From: an uncultured Aliarcobacter sp.
GTDB lineage: Bacteria; Campylobacterota; Campylobacteria; Campylobacterales; Arcobacteraceae
Reading direction: 5' to 3'
DNA length: 64,000 nt
Assembly: GCA_963677435.1 (NCBI GenBank)
Contig: OY781945.1
Location: 864,001 to 928,000 of the forward strand
Part shown: positions 43,181 to 53,139 of the stretch, piece after piece
How the letters are laid out: the number at the start of each line of letters is the position of its first letter
Position numbering within the stretch: position 1 is the first letter of the stretch
The notes under the pieces: model-generated
Databases searched by the model: none
The model's input: only the letters and a program-made list of their open reading frames with translations
Told to the model about the DNA's origin: nothing
Program-made: the position numbers and the translations under genes

Positions 43181-43651
43181 ATGAAAATTATTGAAGGTAA
43201 TTTAAGATTAAATGGTACTGAGAAAGTAGCAATTATAAATGGAAGATTTAATCATATTATAACTGATAGATTAGTTGAAGGTGCAAGAGATGCTTTCAAA
43301 AGACATGGTGGAAATGATGATAATTTAGATTTAATATTAGTTCCAGGTGCTTTTGAAATTCCTTTTGCTTTAGAAAAAGCATTAGCAAGTGGTAAATATG
43401 ATGCAATTTGTTGTGTTGGTGCTGTTATTCGTGGTGCAACTCCTCATTTTGATTATATTTCAGCAGAAGCTACAAAAGGTATTGCAACAGTTGGAATCAA
43501 ACACGGTATTCCTGTATCAAATGGTGTTTTAACTACAGATACAATTGAGCAAGCAATTGAGAGAGCTGGTTCAAAAGTAGGTAATAAAGGTGCAGAAGCA
43601 ATGGTTACAATTATTGAAATGCTAGATTTATATAGCGAAATGGGGAAATAA
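43181..43651 (+). CDS. ribH: 6,7-dimethyl-8-ribityllumazine synthase
   Basis: [21 protein letters not shown] and GNKG motifs. Confidence 0.97.
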   Translation: MKIIEGNLRLNGTEKVAIINGRFNHIITDRLVEGARDAFKRHGGNDDNLDLILVPGAFEIPFALEKALASGKYDAICCVGAVIRGATPHFDYISAEATKGIATVGIKHGIPVSNGVLTTDTIEQAIERAGSKVGNKGAEAMVTIIEMLDLYSEMGK

Positions 43652-43652
43652 T

Positions 43653-44048
43653 TTGGCAACTAGAACACAAGCTAGAGAGTCTGTAATTGGTTTATTATAT
43701 GCCTATGATTTAGGAAATGAGGGAATTGTAAAATTTGTTGATGAAATTTTAGAAGATAAAAAAATTAGAAATCAACAAAAAGAGTTTGCTTTAAAACTTT
43801 TTAATGGAACAATTGAAAATATAGAAAATATTGATAATGAAATTAAAGCTCATTTAAATCAAGGAACTTTAGACGATATAGGTTCTGTTGAAAAATCAAT
43901 TTTAAGACTTGCAGTTTATGAAATTTTATTTGAAAGTTTACAAAAAGCTATTGTTATAAATGAGGCTATAGAATTATCAAAAAGATTAGCTAGTGACGGT
44001 GCTCCAAAGTTTGTAAATGGTTTACTTGATAAGATTGTAAAGGCTTAA
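43653..44048 (+). CDS. nusB: Transcription antitermination factor NusB
   Basis: RTQARE, ILRLAVYE, INEAIEL and FVNGLLD motifs, ribH-nusB synteny. Confidence 0.95.
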   Translation: MATRTQARESVIGLLYAYDLGNEGIVKFVDEILEDKKIRNQQKEFALKLFNGTIENIENIDNEIKAHLNQGTLDDIGSVEKSILRLAVYEILFESLQKAIVINEAIELSKRLASDGAPKFVNGLLDKIVKA

Positions 44049-44051
44049 ATT

Positions 44052-44750
44052 ATGAATGATGTAATGAAACTATGTATATCTTTAGATTTACCAACTGCAA
44101 AAGAAAATTTAGCTTTAGTTGAACAAATTAAAGATTTTGATGTTTGGTTAAAAGTAGGATTTAGATCATTTATACGAGATGGGAAAAAGTTTTTAGAAGA
44201 TTTAAAAGCAATTAATCCAAATTTCAAAATATTTTTAGATTTAAAACTTTATGATATTCCAAATACTATGGCTGATGCTGCATTTGAAATAGCTAACTTT
44301 GGACTTGTAGATATGTTTAATGTTCATGCAAGCTCAGGTGTTGAAGCTATGAAAATAGTTATGCAAAGAATCAAAGATGTACCAAATAAGCCTTTAGTTC
44401 TAGCGGTTACGGCACTTACTTCTTTTGATAATGAGAGCTTTAAGGCTATTTATAATGAAGATATATCTACAAAAGCTATACAACTTTCAAAAGACACTTA
44501 TAATTCAGGTGTTGATGGAGTGGTATGTTCAGCTTATGAGAGTTTAGATATTAAAAATAATACTTCAAAAGAGTTTATTACTTTATGTCCTGGTATCAGA
44601 CCTTTTGGTGAAGATAGTGGTGATCAAAAGAGAGTAGCTGATATTGCTTTTGCAAAAGAAAACTTAGTAAATTTTATAGTTGTTGGAAGACCAATATATA
44701 AAGCTGAAAATCCTAAAAAAGTAGTTGAAGAGATATTAAAAAATATTTAA
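44052..44750 (+). CDS. pyrF: Orotidine-5'-phosphate decarboxylase (true start may be 44064)
   Basis: FLDLKLYDIPNT, PGIRP, DQKR and VVGRPI motifs. Confidence 0.96.
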   Translation: MNDVMKLCISLDLPTAKENLALVEQIKDFDVWLKVGFRSFIRDGKKFLEDLKAINPNFKIFLDLKLYDIPNTMADAAFEIANFGLVDMFNVHASSGVEAMKIVMQRIKDVPNKPLVLAVTALTSFDNESFKAIYNEDISTKAIQLSKDTYNSGVDGVVCSAYESLDIKNNTSKEFITLCPGIRPFGEDSGDQKRVADIAFAKENLVNFIVVGRPIYKAENPKKVVEEILKNI

Positions 44751-44764
44751 TTATCTCTTTACTA

Positions 44765-44806
44765 TTTAAGTATGTTTTAAGTGATGTAGTATTATAATTT
44801 CCGTCC
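44765..44806 (+). promoter_or_regulatory. Promoter of the tRNA cluster
   Basis: TATAAT followed by TTCCGTCC discriminator, two TTTAAGT elements 11 bp apart upstream. Confidence 0.7.
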
Positions 44807-44838
44807 TGATTTTAAGAAGTTAAAATTATGGAAAATGC

Positions 44839-44929
44839 GGACAGTTGGGTGAGTTGGCTGAAACCACCTCCCTGCTAAGGAGACGTGCTGGTAACGGCAC
44901 CGAGGGTTCGAATCCCTCACTGTCCGCCA
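44839..44929 (+). tRNA. tRNA-Ser(GCT)
   Basis: Long variable arm, anticodon GCT, CCA. Confidence 0.95.
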
Positions 44930-44931
44930 CT

Positions 44932-45008
44932 GGGTCATTAGCTCAGCTGGTTAGAGCACTCGGCTCATAACCGAGTGGTCGAAGGTTCGAGTCCTTCATG
45001 ACCCACCA
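44932..45008 (+). tRNA. tRNA with CAT anticodon, probably tRNA-Ile2 (lysidine)
   Basis: Cloverleaf GGGTCAT/ATGACCC, CAT anticodon, CCA. Ile-like acceptor stem, identity inferred. Confidence 0.85.
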
Positions 45009-45054
45009 GTTTCACTTTTTAAGTGAATTAAAAATGTGTTAAAAGCATTTTTAT

Positions 45055-45131
45055 GCGGGAGTAGCTCAGTTGGCTAGAGCTTCTGCCTTCCAAGCAGACT
45101 GTCGCGAGTTCGAGTCTCGTCTCCCGCTCCA
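45055..45131 (+). tRNA. tRNA-Gly(TCC)
   Basis: Cloverleaf, anticodon TCC, CCA. Confidence 0.96.
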
Positions 45132-45189
45132 CTATTAAATAGATTTGGTAACGCTATTTAATTTTTATTTATTTTACCAAAAAAGTGAT

Positions 45190-45266
45190 GCGGGAGTAGC
45201 TCAGTTGGCTAGAGCTTCTGCCTTCCAAGCAGACTGTCGCGAGTTCGAGTCTCGTCTCCCGCTCCA
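45190..45266 (+). tRNA. tRNA-Gly(TCC), second identical copy
   Basis: Same sequence as 45055-45131. Confidence 0.96.
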
Positions 45267-45304
45267 CTAATTAATCTTTAGGGATTAAAGTTCTTTTATT
45301 TAAT

Positions 45305-45381
<77 letters not shown>

Positions 45382-45390
45382 ATCTAAAAT

Positions 45391-45467
45391 GTCAAGGTAG
45401 CTCAGCTGGTTAGAGCGCTGGTCTCATAAGCCGGAGGTCGAGGGTTCGAGTCCCTCTCTTGACACCA
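45391..45467 (+). tRNA. tRNA-Met(CAT), probably elongator
   Basis: Cloverleaf, CAT anticodon, paired 1:72, CCA. Confidence 0.88.
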
Positions 45468-45483
45468 TTTAGAAATTATGGAT

Positions 45484-45560
45484 GCTGGTGTAGCTCAGTT
45501 GGCTAGAGCAGCTGATTTGTAATCAGCAGGTCGGGGGTTCGACTCCCTTCACCAGCTCCA
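45484..45560 (+). tRNA. tRNA-Thr(TGT)
   Basis: Cloverleaf, anticodon TGT, CCA. Confidence 0.96.
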
Positions 45561-45581
45561 CTTTTTTTAACTTTATTTTCT

Positions 45582-45656
45582 TGGGGTATCGCCAAGCGGT
45601 AAGGCAACGGTTTTTGGTACCGTCACTCGAAGGTTCGAATCCTTCTACCCCATCCA
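45582..45656 (+). tRNA. tRNA-Gln(TTG)
   Basis: U1-A72, anticodon TTG, CCA. Confidence 0.95.
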
Positions 45657-45727
45657 CAAAAACTTACTTATTATAAAATCTAATTAATACTTGATACTGT
45701 TGATTATTTATATATTTAAATATATAT

Positions 45728-45804
<77 letters not shown>

Positions 45805-45845
45805 AATTTTTTTAATGAAAAACTATTTTAATACTTATCATTTAA

Positions 45846-45922
45846 CGCGGAATAGAGCAGCACGGCAGCTCGTCGGGCTCATAACCCGAAGGTCACAGGT
45901 TCAAATCCTGTTTCCGCAACCA
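45846..45922 (+). tRNA. Initiator tRNA-fMet(CAT), third copy
   Basis: Initiator determinants, D-loop variant CACGGC. Confidence 0.95.
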
Positions 45923-45931
45923 ATCCATCTT

Positions 45932-48730
45932 TTATATATTTAAAGTTATTACAAATTCAGCACCTTTATAAATTTTATTTTCATAGGTATATTCTACATT
46001 TTTAGCTTCAATTTTCCCATGCATCCCTTCATCAATTAGTTTATATGTCATATGCAGTCCTAATCCAGTTCCTTGAGATTTATATTTAGTTGTAAAATAA
46101 GGGTCATATATTTTCGAAATTATATCTTCTTGTATTCCTCCTGCATTATCTTTTATACTTATATAAACAATATTATTTTTGATTGTAGTAGTAATAAAAA
46201 CTAATGGGAATTCCTCTTGTCTTTCTTCAAGAGCATCTTTTGCATTATTAAAAATATTAATTAAACATTGAATTAGTTCATTTGGATACCCATCAATTGT
46301 AATATTATCATCTAAGTTTATAATTAACTTTAAGTTATCATTTCTTACCGTTGATTCAACGATATGTAAAAAATTGTTTATAGTAGTTGATAAATTGTAA
46401 TTTCTTAACTTTCTATCTTCTTTAATGAAATTTTTAAAGTCATTTATTGTTTCAGATAGGTATTGAGAGTTTTTATTTATTAAATCCATATTTTGTATTA
46501 GTTCATTATCATCCAATATTCCAAACTCTTTTTGTATTTTTACTCCAGTAGCTACTGTTGAAATCATAGATAGTGGTTGTCTCCATTGATGTGCTATATT
46601 ACTTATCATTTCCCCCATGGAAGCTAGTTTATCAGCTTTAAAAAGTTTTTCTTGAAAAAGTTTGTTTTTTTCTAATTCTTCATTTACTCTTATTTCTAAT
46701 TCTTCATTTAATTTGTCTAATTCTTGAGTTCTTTTCTTAATTTCATTTTGAAGAAAGTTATTGTTATCTTTTAATAGGTATTGTCTGTATAAAAAGAAGA
46801 TTAATAGTATTATAATAAAACTTATTGAAATCCACAGATAAGTATAATCTTCGATTTTTTCGTATTTTATTGATATCCACTTATTAACTATATCTTGAAT
46901 ATCATTTTTAGATATTGTTAATATTGCCTTATTCAATATATCAACTAAAATTGGTTCATCTTTTAAAACCCCAATTCTAAAAATATTTCCATAGCCTTTA
47001 GGTTCATTTAGAATTTTCAGATTAAAAAAACCTTTTTCTTTTATATTATATGCTGAAATAATAATCGATCTAAGAGTTAAATCTGCTTTTTTCTCTTCAA
47101 CTAGTTCAAAGGCTTCATTTTCTGTATTAGTGGGAATTATCATAAGATTAGGAAAATCATTCTGAAATTTTTCATACATTGCTGTTTCTTTTGGAAGAGC
47201 AATGGATGCTTTAATTTTTGATAAATCTTTTATTATTTGACTATCAGATCTTCCTATTATTACATTAGGATCATCAAAAACAGGTTCTGTAAAATTCAGC
47301 CATTCTTTTCTTTGAGGAGTTTCATTTAAGAAACTCATAATATCACATTTTTTTGCTTTTGAAAATTCTATACTCTCTTCCCAAGATTTAGTAGGAATTA
47401 CTTTTATATTTAATGCAAGTTTTGAACTAATTAATTCAATAATATTTTCAGCAATACCTGTGTATTTACCTTTTTTATCTAGTTTTTCAAAAGGTTCCCA
47501 GTTTGGATCTACACACATAGTGATGGATTTTTTATTTAATAAATAGTTTTTTTCTTTTTCATTTAATGGAATGGTTTTTTTTAATTTGTCATTATTGTCT
47601 AATTTTGTATTTATTAATCTTTTTCTTAATTCAAATAATTCTTCATCTGTTATATCATTTTTACCTTTTTTTAAAATTTCTTGTAATAATGCATTTTCTT
47701 TATTTCTTGTATCTTTAAGGTAGTTTTTTTCTTCATTTGTAAGATCACCTTGTATTTTGTTATTAATATCAAAGTAGTAATTATTTAATATAGAATTAAT
47801 ATCATAATTTTTATCAACCAAACCTAATTTTGTGTACATATCTGCATTTAATTTTACTAGTTCTGGTGCAATTGCACCAATTTTAAAGATATTTGTTTTA
47901 AATAGTTTTTCTGTTTGTTTAGCCTCAAATAATAAAGACTCTTTAGTTTTTCTTTTTGAATATTTATCATAAATTAAATCAACAATCTCTTCTTTGTGAT
48001 TAAATGCGTATTCCCATCCTTTATTTGTTGCTTCTACAAAGTCTTTTACTTTTTTTGTATTTAAATTTATAACTTTTTGACTTGTAAATAGTTCAACATC
48101 ATAAGAGTAAATACCAAAATCTGCTGGATTTAATATATTATATTTTACACCTGCTTGATCAAGTTCGTAAGGTTGAGAAGAAATAAATACACTCATTGCA
48201 TCAATTTGACCATTCACAAATTTATCTACTTTAAAATCGTGATTAATTAAAGTATAGTCATTGGATGAAATTCCAGTATCTTTTAGCATCACACCTAAAC
48301 TTGTATGTTGCATTTCCCAATTGAGAGCCATTATCTTTTTATTTTTCAAATCATTAGGAGTTTTTATATCTGGTTTTGTTACAAGAGCTAATGCATTTTG
48401 TTTAAAATAAGAGGCAATTAAAACGACAGGTTTTTTATCAAGTTTCTCTAAAATCAAAGCAGATGAGGATATACCAAAAGTTGCATTTCCACTTAAAACC
48501 TCTTGGGTTATATCAATGCCATCTTTAAACTCTCTTATCTCAACTTCAAGACCAACATCTTTGTAATAGCCTTTTTTTATTGCTGTATAGAAACCTGCAA
48601 ACTCAAATTGATGTTTCCACTCTAATTGTAAAGTTACTTTTTCTAAGTAATTAGCTTGTGTATTGGCGAATAAAATGTTACTTGAAAATAAGATTAAAAA
48701 AATAATATATGATTGAAATATTTTTTTCAT
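45932..48730 (-). CDS. Sensor histidine kinase with NMT1/THI5-like and PBPb periplasmic binding domains
   Basis: VTLQLEWKHQFEFAGFY, CVDPNWEPFE, TM, H-box IAHQWRQPL, DNAGGI, PYFTTK and GTGLGL motifs. Confidence 0.9.
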   Translation of the reverse strand: MKKIFQSYIIFLILFSSNILFANTQANYLEKVTLQLEWKHQFEFAGFYTAIKKGYYKDVGLEVEIREFKDGIDITQEVLSGNATFGISSSALILEKLDKKPVVLIASYFKQNALALVTKPDIKTPNDLKNKKIMALNWEMQHTSLGVMLKDTGISSNDYTLINHDFKVDKFVNGQIDAMSVFISSQPYELDQAGVKYNILNPADFGIYSYDVELFTSQKVINLNTKKVKDFVEATNKGWEYAFNHKEEIVDLIYDKYSKRKTKESLLFEAKQTEKLFKTNIFKIGAIAPELVKLNADMYTKLGLVDKNYDINSILNNYYFDINNKIQGDLTNEEKNYLKDTRNKENALLQEILKKGKNDITDEELFELRKRLINTKLDNNDKLKKTIPLNEKEKNYLLNKKSITMCVDPNWEPFEKLDKKGKYTGIAENIIELISSKLALNIKVIPTKSWEESIEFSKAKKCDIMSFLNETPQRKEWLNFTEPVFDDPNVIIGRSDSQIIKDLSKIKASIALPKETAMYEKFQNDFPNLMIIPTNTENEAFELVEEKKADLTLRSIIISAYNIKEKGFFNLKILNEPKGYGNIFRIGVLKDEPILVDILNKAILTISKNDIQDIVNKWISIKYEKIEDYTYLWISISFIIILLIFFLYRQYLLKDNNNFLQNEIKKRTQELDKLNEELEIRVNEELEKNKLFQEKLFKADKLASMGEMISNIAHQWRQPLSMISTVATGVKIQKEFGILDDNELIQNMDLINKNSQYLSETINDFKNFIKEDRKLRNYNLSTTINNFLHIVESTVRNDNLKLIINLDDNITIDGYPNELIQCLINIFNNAKDALEERQEEFPLVFITTTIKNNIVYISIKDNAGGIQEDIISKIYDPYFTTKYKSQGTGLGLHMTYKLIDEGMHGKIEAKNVEYTYENKIYKGAEFVITLNI

Positions 48731-48859
48731 TTTGTATCTTTTAGTTAATAAATTTATAACTTAATTATTTTATATTATATCATCAAAAAAATTTTATAAT
48801 TCTTTTGAAATATAATTTAGATACAATAATCAAAAATTTATTAATATAGAGGAAATTTC

Positions 48860-49396
48860 ATGAGTGATAGATTACATGAAATAATGGGTCAAATTGGTAT
48901 TTTACATAATGATTTATTAGAAAATGAAAAGATAAAAGATGCTAAAGAGGTCTTTGAATTTATAAAAGATTATGATACTGATATACAAGAACATTACTTA
49001 AACTTATTGTTACAATACTATTTCCAAAAAAATGATTTAGAAAATTTAAAAGAATTACTTTTAGTAGGTGCAAAATTTGATCTTAGATTTAGTGATGTAA
49101 AAGAGGCTTTTTTAAATATAAAATCTGAAGAAGAAAATGTTATAGAATTTATGCAAGATGCAGTTGTTTTTATTAAAGAAAAGATTAATGAGAGTGATTT
49201 AAAAGATATTTATGATTATTATGTAAATAATATTGGATTGCAAAAAAAACTTGATTTTATAATTGAGTTGATAAAAAAGAATAGATATGTTTGTGTTTAC
49301 TGTTTTAATAATCCAAATAGCTCAGTGGGACAGTTTTTTTTAAATGAAGAGTTGTTAGACTCTTTAAAAAGAGATTTGCCTTATCTACTTAAATAA
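48860..49396 (+). CDS. Hypothetical protein
   Basis: 178-aa ORF with AGGA RBS. One ankyrin-like stretch (LKELLLVGAKFD). Confidence 0.7.
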   Translation: MSDRLHEIMGQIGILHNDLLENEKIKDAKEVFEFIKDYDTDIQEHYLNLLLQYYFQKNDLENLKELLLVGAKFDLRFSDVKEAFLNIKSEEENVIEFMQDAVVFIKEKINESDLKDIYDYYVNNIGLQKKLDFIIELIKKNRYVCVYCFNNPNSSVGQFFLNEELLDSLKRDLPYLLK

Positions 49397-49405
49397 AGTT
49401 TCTGA

Positions 49406-50152
49406 ATGCCATCTTTTGAATTTGTAATTCCGCAAAGTTTTTTATTTATTCCAGCAAATTTGTCTTTTATATCTTCTTGTTTTTTTATAAGTTATATTTT
49501 GTCAAAGATATTTAAAAGTGTTATAGTCTTTTTTATCTTATTAATCTTATTATTGAGTATAGCTTATTATGATTTATTTATTAAATATCTTATCAAAGAA
49601 TATTATGAATTAACACAGATGGATTCAAAAATATATTTTTATCCACAAAAAAATGATGGGCAAAAAATTGAGAGTTTATCTATTGTTAATATTTATAAAC
49701 ATCCTCTTAAATATTCAACAACATTAACTTCTATTGAAAAAGATGAAATAAGAAATGTACATGAAAATTACATCGAGAATTTTATTGATATATCAACTTA
49801 TGCATATAAATATAATAGAGTAATATCAAATACCCAAAGAATATCTTTAAATAATCATGATGAAAATTTGGATGAAAAAGCTAGATTTATTATTGAAAAG
49901 AATATAAAAACAACTTTTTTCCCAAAACTTTATGAAGAGTATGAGTATAAATTTATTGATACAAAAACAAATTATATTTTAGCAACAGCATTTAATATCT
50001 TTTTTCTTATTGATAATAATAAGTTCAGAAATAAATATTTATATTGGGGAAATGAGAAAGAAGAACAATTTAATGAAGAGGGAATTAATAATTTTGATAA
50101 TATTTACAAACATTTATTTATTGATGATTTGAGAAAGAATATTAATAAATGA
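49406..50152 (+). CDS. Hypothetical membrane protein (two N-terminal TM segments plus soluble domain)
   Basis: 248-aa ORF 9 nt after the previous gene, hydrophobic N-terminus. Confidence 0.65.
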   Translation: MPSFEFVIPQSFLFIPANLSFISSCFFISYILSKIFKSVIVFFILLILLLSIAYYDLFIKYLIKEYYELTQMDSKIYFYPQKNDGQKIESLSIVNIYKHPLKYSTTLTSIEKDEIRNVHENYIENFIDISTYAYKYNRVISNTQRISLNNHDENLDEKARFIIEKNIKTTFFPKLYEEYEYKFIDTKTNYILATAFNIFFLIDNNKFRNKYLYWGNEKEEQFNEEGINNFDNIYKHLFIDDLRKNINK

Positions 50153-50256
50153 TTAAAAATTACTATTAGTTTTTTGTTTATTCTATTTTTTAATTATTAA
50201 TGATTTATTAATCATTAATCAATTATCATACTGTATAGATTAAATAAGGAAAAACA

Positions 50257-52728
50257 ATGAAAAACTTTTCTATAAAAAGTAAATTGTTGATTATAGTAAT
50301 AGTAACTATAATTCTTGTAGCAACAATGATAGCTTTGAAATCAATATATGAGATTAATAATTTAACAAATCAAAATATTGAAGAATACAAGCAAAATGCT
50401 TATAAAAATTCACGGGAAGAATTGAAGGCATATACAAACTTCGCAAAAAATATTGTAGTAAATCTTTATAATCAATCTTTACCTGAAAATGTTAAGAAAA
50501 ATGTAGAGGGTACTTTAAAAAATCAAACAGATTTTTTATTTACAGTACTTACTAGATTATATGAAGATCAAAAAGGAAAAGTATCTGAAGATGAACTTAA
50601 AAAATTGTTGCTTGATACTATAGATGCAGTTAGATATGGTGATAATAAAGATTATTTCTTTGTTTATGATGAAAACTCAACTATATTAAAACTTCCTATA
50701 AGTCCAGAAAGAGAAGGAACAAAAAATACTCAACCTTATATAAAAGATTTTATAGATACTGCCTTTAAAAAAGGTGAAGGATTAGTTCCTTATGCACAAG
50801 TTGTAAAAGATAAACCTTCTAGACAAAAAGTATCTTATATAAAATTATTTAAGCCATTTAATTGGGTAATTGGTACAGGTGCTTATATAGATAATGTAAC
50901 TGAATCTTTACAAAAAAAAGCATTAGAAGATGTATCTCATCTCAGATTTGGTAAAGATGGATATTTTTATATTTACGATTATGATGGTGTAAATTTAATG
51001 CATCCAATAAAACCTGATTTAGTTGGTAAAAACTTAATAAATTTAAAAAGTAAAAAAGGTGTTTACTACATAAAAGATTTAATTGAAGTTGCTAAAAAAG
51101 ATGGGGGAATGGTTACTTTCGATTTTGAAAAACCAAATGATCCTAAATTATATGACAAAATTGGTTATGCGGTTGGTGTTAATGAATGGAAATGGATGAT
51201 TGGAACAGGCGCATATACTGATGATATTGAAGAAAATATTGATAAGATGAGAAAACATTCTGCAGAAAATATTGCTTCGACTATATTCGGAATTTTACTT
51301 ATTGCATTGATTGTTTCAATTGTAATTATTATGTTTGTAACATTTTTTATAAATAAAGAGATAATAGCACCTTTAAATACTTTCCAAGTTGGTCTTTTAG
51401 ATTTCTTTAAATATCTTAATAAAGAAAGTAAAAATGTTGATAAAATTACTGTTAAGTCTAATGATGAAATAGGAATTATGACAAATATTGTTAATACAAA
51501 TATTGAAAAAACAAATAAATTGATTCAACAAGATGAGAAATTAATTAATGATGTTAAAGGTGTAGTCTCTGAAATAAATAAAGGAAATTTACGAAATAGA
51601 ATTGAAGCAAAAAGTGATAATGAAAGTTTAGAAGAGTTAAAAAATATTTTAAATGAGATGTTAACTATTGTTTCAGAAAAAATCAATGATGATTTAATTG
51701 TTATTGATGAAGTTTTAAATGAATACAAAAAAGTTAATTTTACAGTTAGAATAAATAATCCTCATGGTAGAGTTGCAATTGCACTTAATTCTTTAGCTGA
51801 TACTATCAATACTATGTTAGTTGAGAGTAAAACAAATGGTCTAACATTAGAAGAAAGCTCAAATATACTTTTAGCAAATGTAGATAAATTAAATATGAGT
51901 TCAAATGAAGCAGCAGCATCTTTAGAAGAGACAGCAGCAGCAATAGAAGAAATCACTTCAAATATTAGAAATAATACAGAGAATATTTCAAAAATGGCAA
52001 TTCTTTCAAATGAAGTAACAGCTTCAGCAAATCAAGGTGAAAAACTGGCAAATCAAACAACAGTTTCAATGGATGAAATAAATAATCAAGTAAACTTGAT
52101 AAATGAAGCAATAACGGTAATTGACCAAATAGCATTCCAAACAAATATTCTTTCTTTAAATGCAGCCGTAGAAGCAGCAACTGCAGGAGAAGCTGGAAAA
52201 GGATTCGCAGTAGTTGCAGCAGAAGTGAGAAATCTTGCTTCTCGTTCAGCAGAAGCAGCAAAAGAGATAAAAGCAATAGTAGAGACAGCAACAGTAAAAG
52301 CAAATGATGGTAAAAAAATAGCTGGAAATATGATAGAAGGATATAAACAATTAAATGGAAATATTACTCATACTATAAATCTAATTCAAGATATACAAAA
52401 TGCGTCAAAAGAGCAGTTGCTTGGAATTGAACAGATAAATGATGCAGTAAATCAATTAGATCAACAAACACAAAAAAATGCAGCAGTAGCTTCTCAAACT
52501 CAAGATGTGGCAGAAATTACAGATGAAATTGCAAGATTAATTGTAAGTGATGCAAATGCAAAAGAGTTTATTGGTAAAAATGAAGCTAAAGCTAGAAAAA
52601 TGAGTAGAGGAACTAATAGTTCTGCTGATGTAAAAACAACTCATGCTCCTGTTAAAAATACAAAAACAGCTGAAGTGAAAAAGAGTATTTCAAGTAAATC
52701 AGATGAAGAAGAGTGGGAAAACTTTTAA
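50257..52728 (+). CDS. Methyl-accepting chemotaxis protein with two Cache domains
   Basis: Two YFF/YFY...W.IGTGAY Cache repeats, two [37 protein letters not shown]-terminal EWENF. Confidence 0.95.
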   Translation: MKNFSIKSKLLIIVIVTIILVATMIALKSIYEINNLTNQNIEEYKQNAYKNSREELKAYTNFAKNIVVNLYNQSLPENVKKNVEGTLKNQTDFLFTVLTRLYEDQKGKVSEDELKKLLLDTIDAVRYGDNKDYFFVYDENSTILKLPISPEREGTKNTQPYIKDFIDTAFKKGEGLVPYAQVVKDKPSRQKVSYIKLFKPFNWVIGTGAYIDNVTESLQKKALEDVSHLRFGKDGYFYIYDYDGVNLMHPIKPDLVGKNLINLKSKKGVYYIKDLIEVAKKDGGMVTFDFEKPNDPKLYDKIGYAVGVNEWKWMIGTGAYTDDIEENIDKMRKHSAENIASTIFGILLIALIVSIVIIMFVTFFINKEIIAPLNTFQVGLLDFFKYLNKESKNVDKITVKSNDEIGIMTNIVNTNIEKTNKLIQQDEKLINDVKGVVSEINKGNLRNRIEAKSDNESLEELKNILNEMLTIVSEKINDDLIVIDEVLNEYKKVNFTVRINNPHGRVAIALNSLADTINTMLVESKTNGLTLEESSNILLANVDKLNMSSNEAAASLEETAAAIEEITSNIRNNTENISKMAILSNEVTASANQGEKLANQTTVSMDEINNQVNLINEAITVIDQIAFQTNILSLNAAVEAATAGEAGKGFAVVAAEVRNLASRSAEAAKEIKAIVETATVKANDGKKIAGNMIEGYKQLNGNITHTINLIQDIQNASKEQLLGIEQINDAVNQLDQQTQKNAAVASQTQDVAEITDEIARLIVSDANAKEFIGKNEAKARKMSRGTNSSADVKTTHAPVKNTKTAEVKKSISSKSDEEEWENF

Positions 52729-52743
52729 GTTTAAAATGGGAAG

Positions 52744-53067
52744 TTAAATAAAACTTCCCATCTCATCACCTAAATACGCATCAATTTTTTTTATGAATTC
52801 TTCAAAAGGCCTTTCACCTATTTTATTGAAAATTACAATTTCTTCACCAAAATCATCTTGAATAAAATGTTCTTCTTTGATTATCTTTGAGTAGAGTTTT
52901 TGTAAGTCATCTTCACTCTCATCTTTATTGAATAAAAACCAATTTGCAGTTGATTCTTTAATTCTAATAAGTCCATAAGTTTTATTTTCATCAACATAGT
53001 CTTGAATAGTACCATTTTCAAATATAGCACCAACTACTAAATCGTTTTCATTTAGAATCATTTCCAT
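52744..53067 (-). CDS. Hypothetical acidic protein
   Basis: 107-aa ORF with AAGG RBS filling the intergenic space. Confidence 0.65.
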   Translation of the reverse strand: MEMILNENDLVVGAIFENGTIQDYVDENKTYGLIRIKESTANWFLFNKDESEDDLQKLYSKIIKEEHFIQDDFGEEIVIFNKIGERPFEEFIKKIDAYLGDEMGSFI

Positions 53068-53139
53068 TTTTTGCCTTTTAAATTATTAAATGGATTATAA
53101 TTAAACCAAAGTTAGCATAAGATTAGTTTTTATCTACTA

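Noticed and set aside
51525..52303. Antisense ORFs in the MCP signalling domain, including a poly-Leu 112-aa ORF
   Set aside because: They are shadows of GCA/GAA-rich codons in the coiled-coil region.
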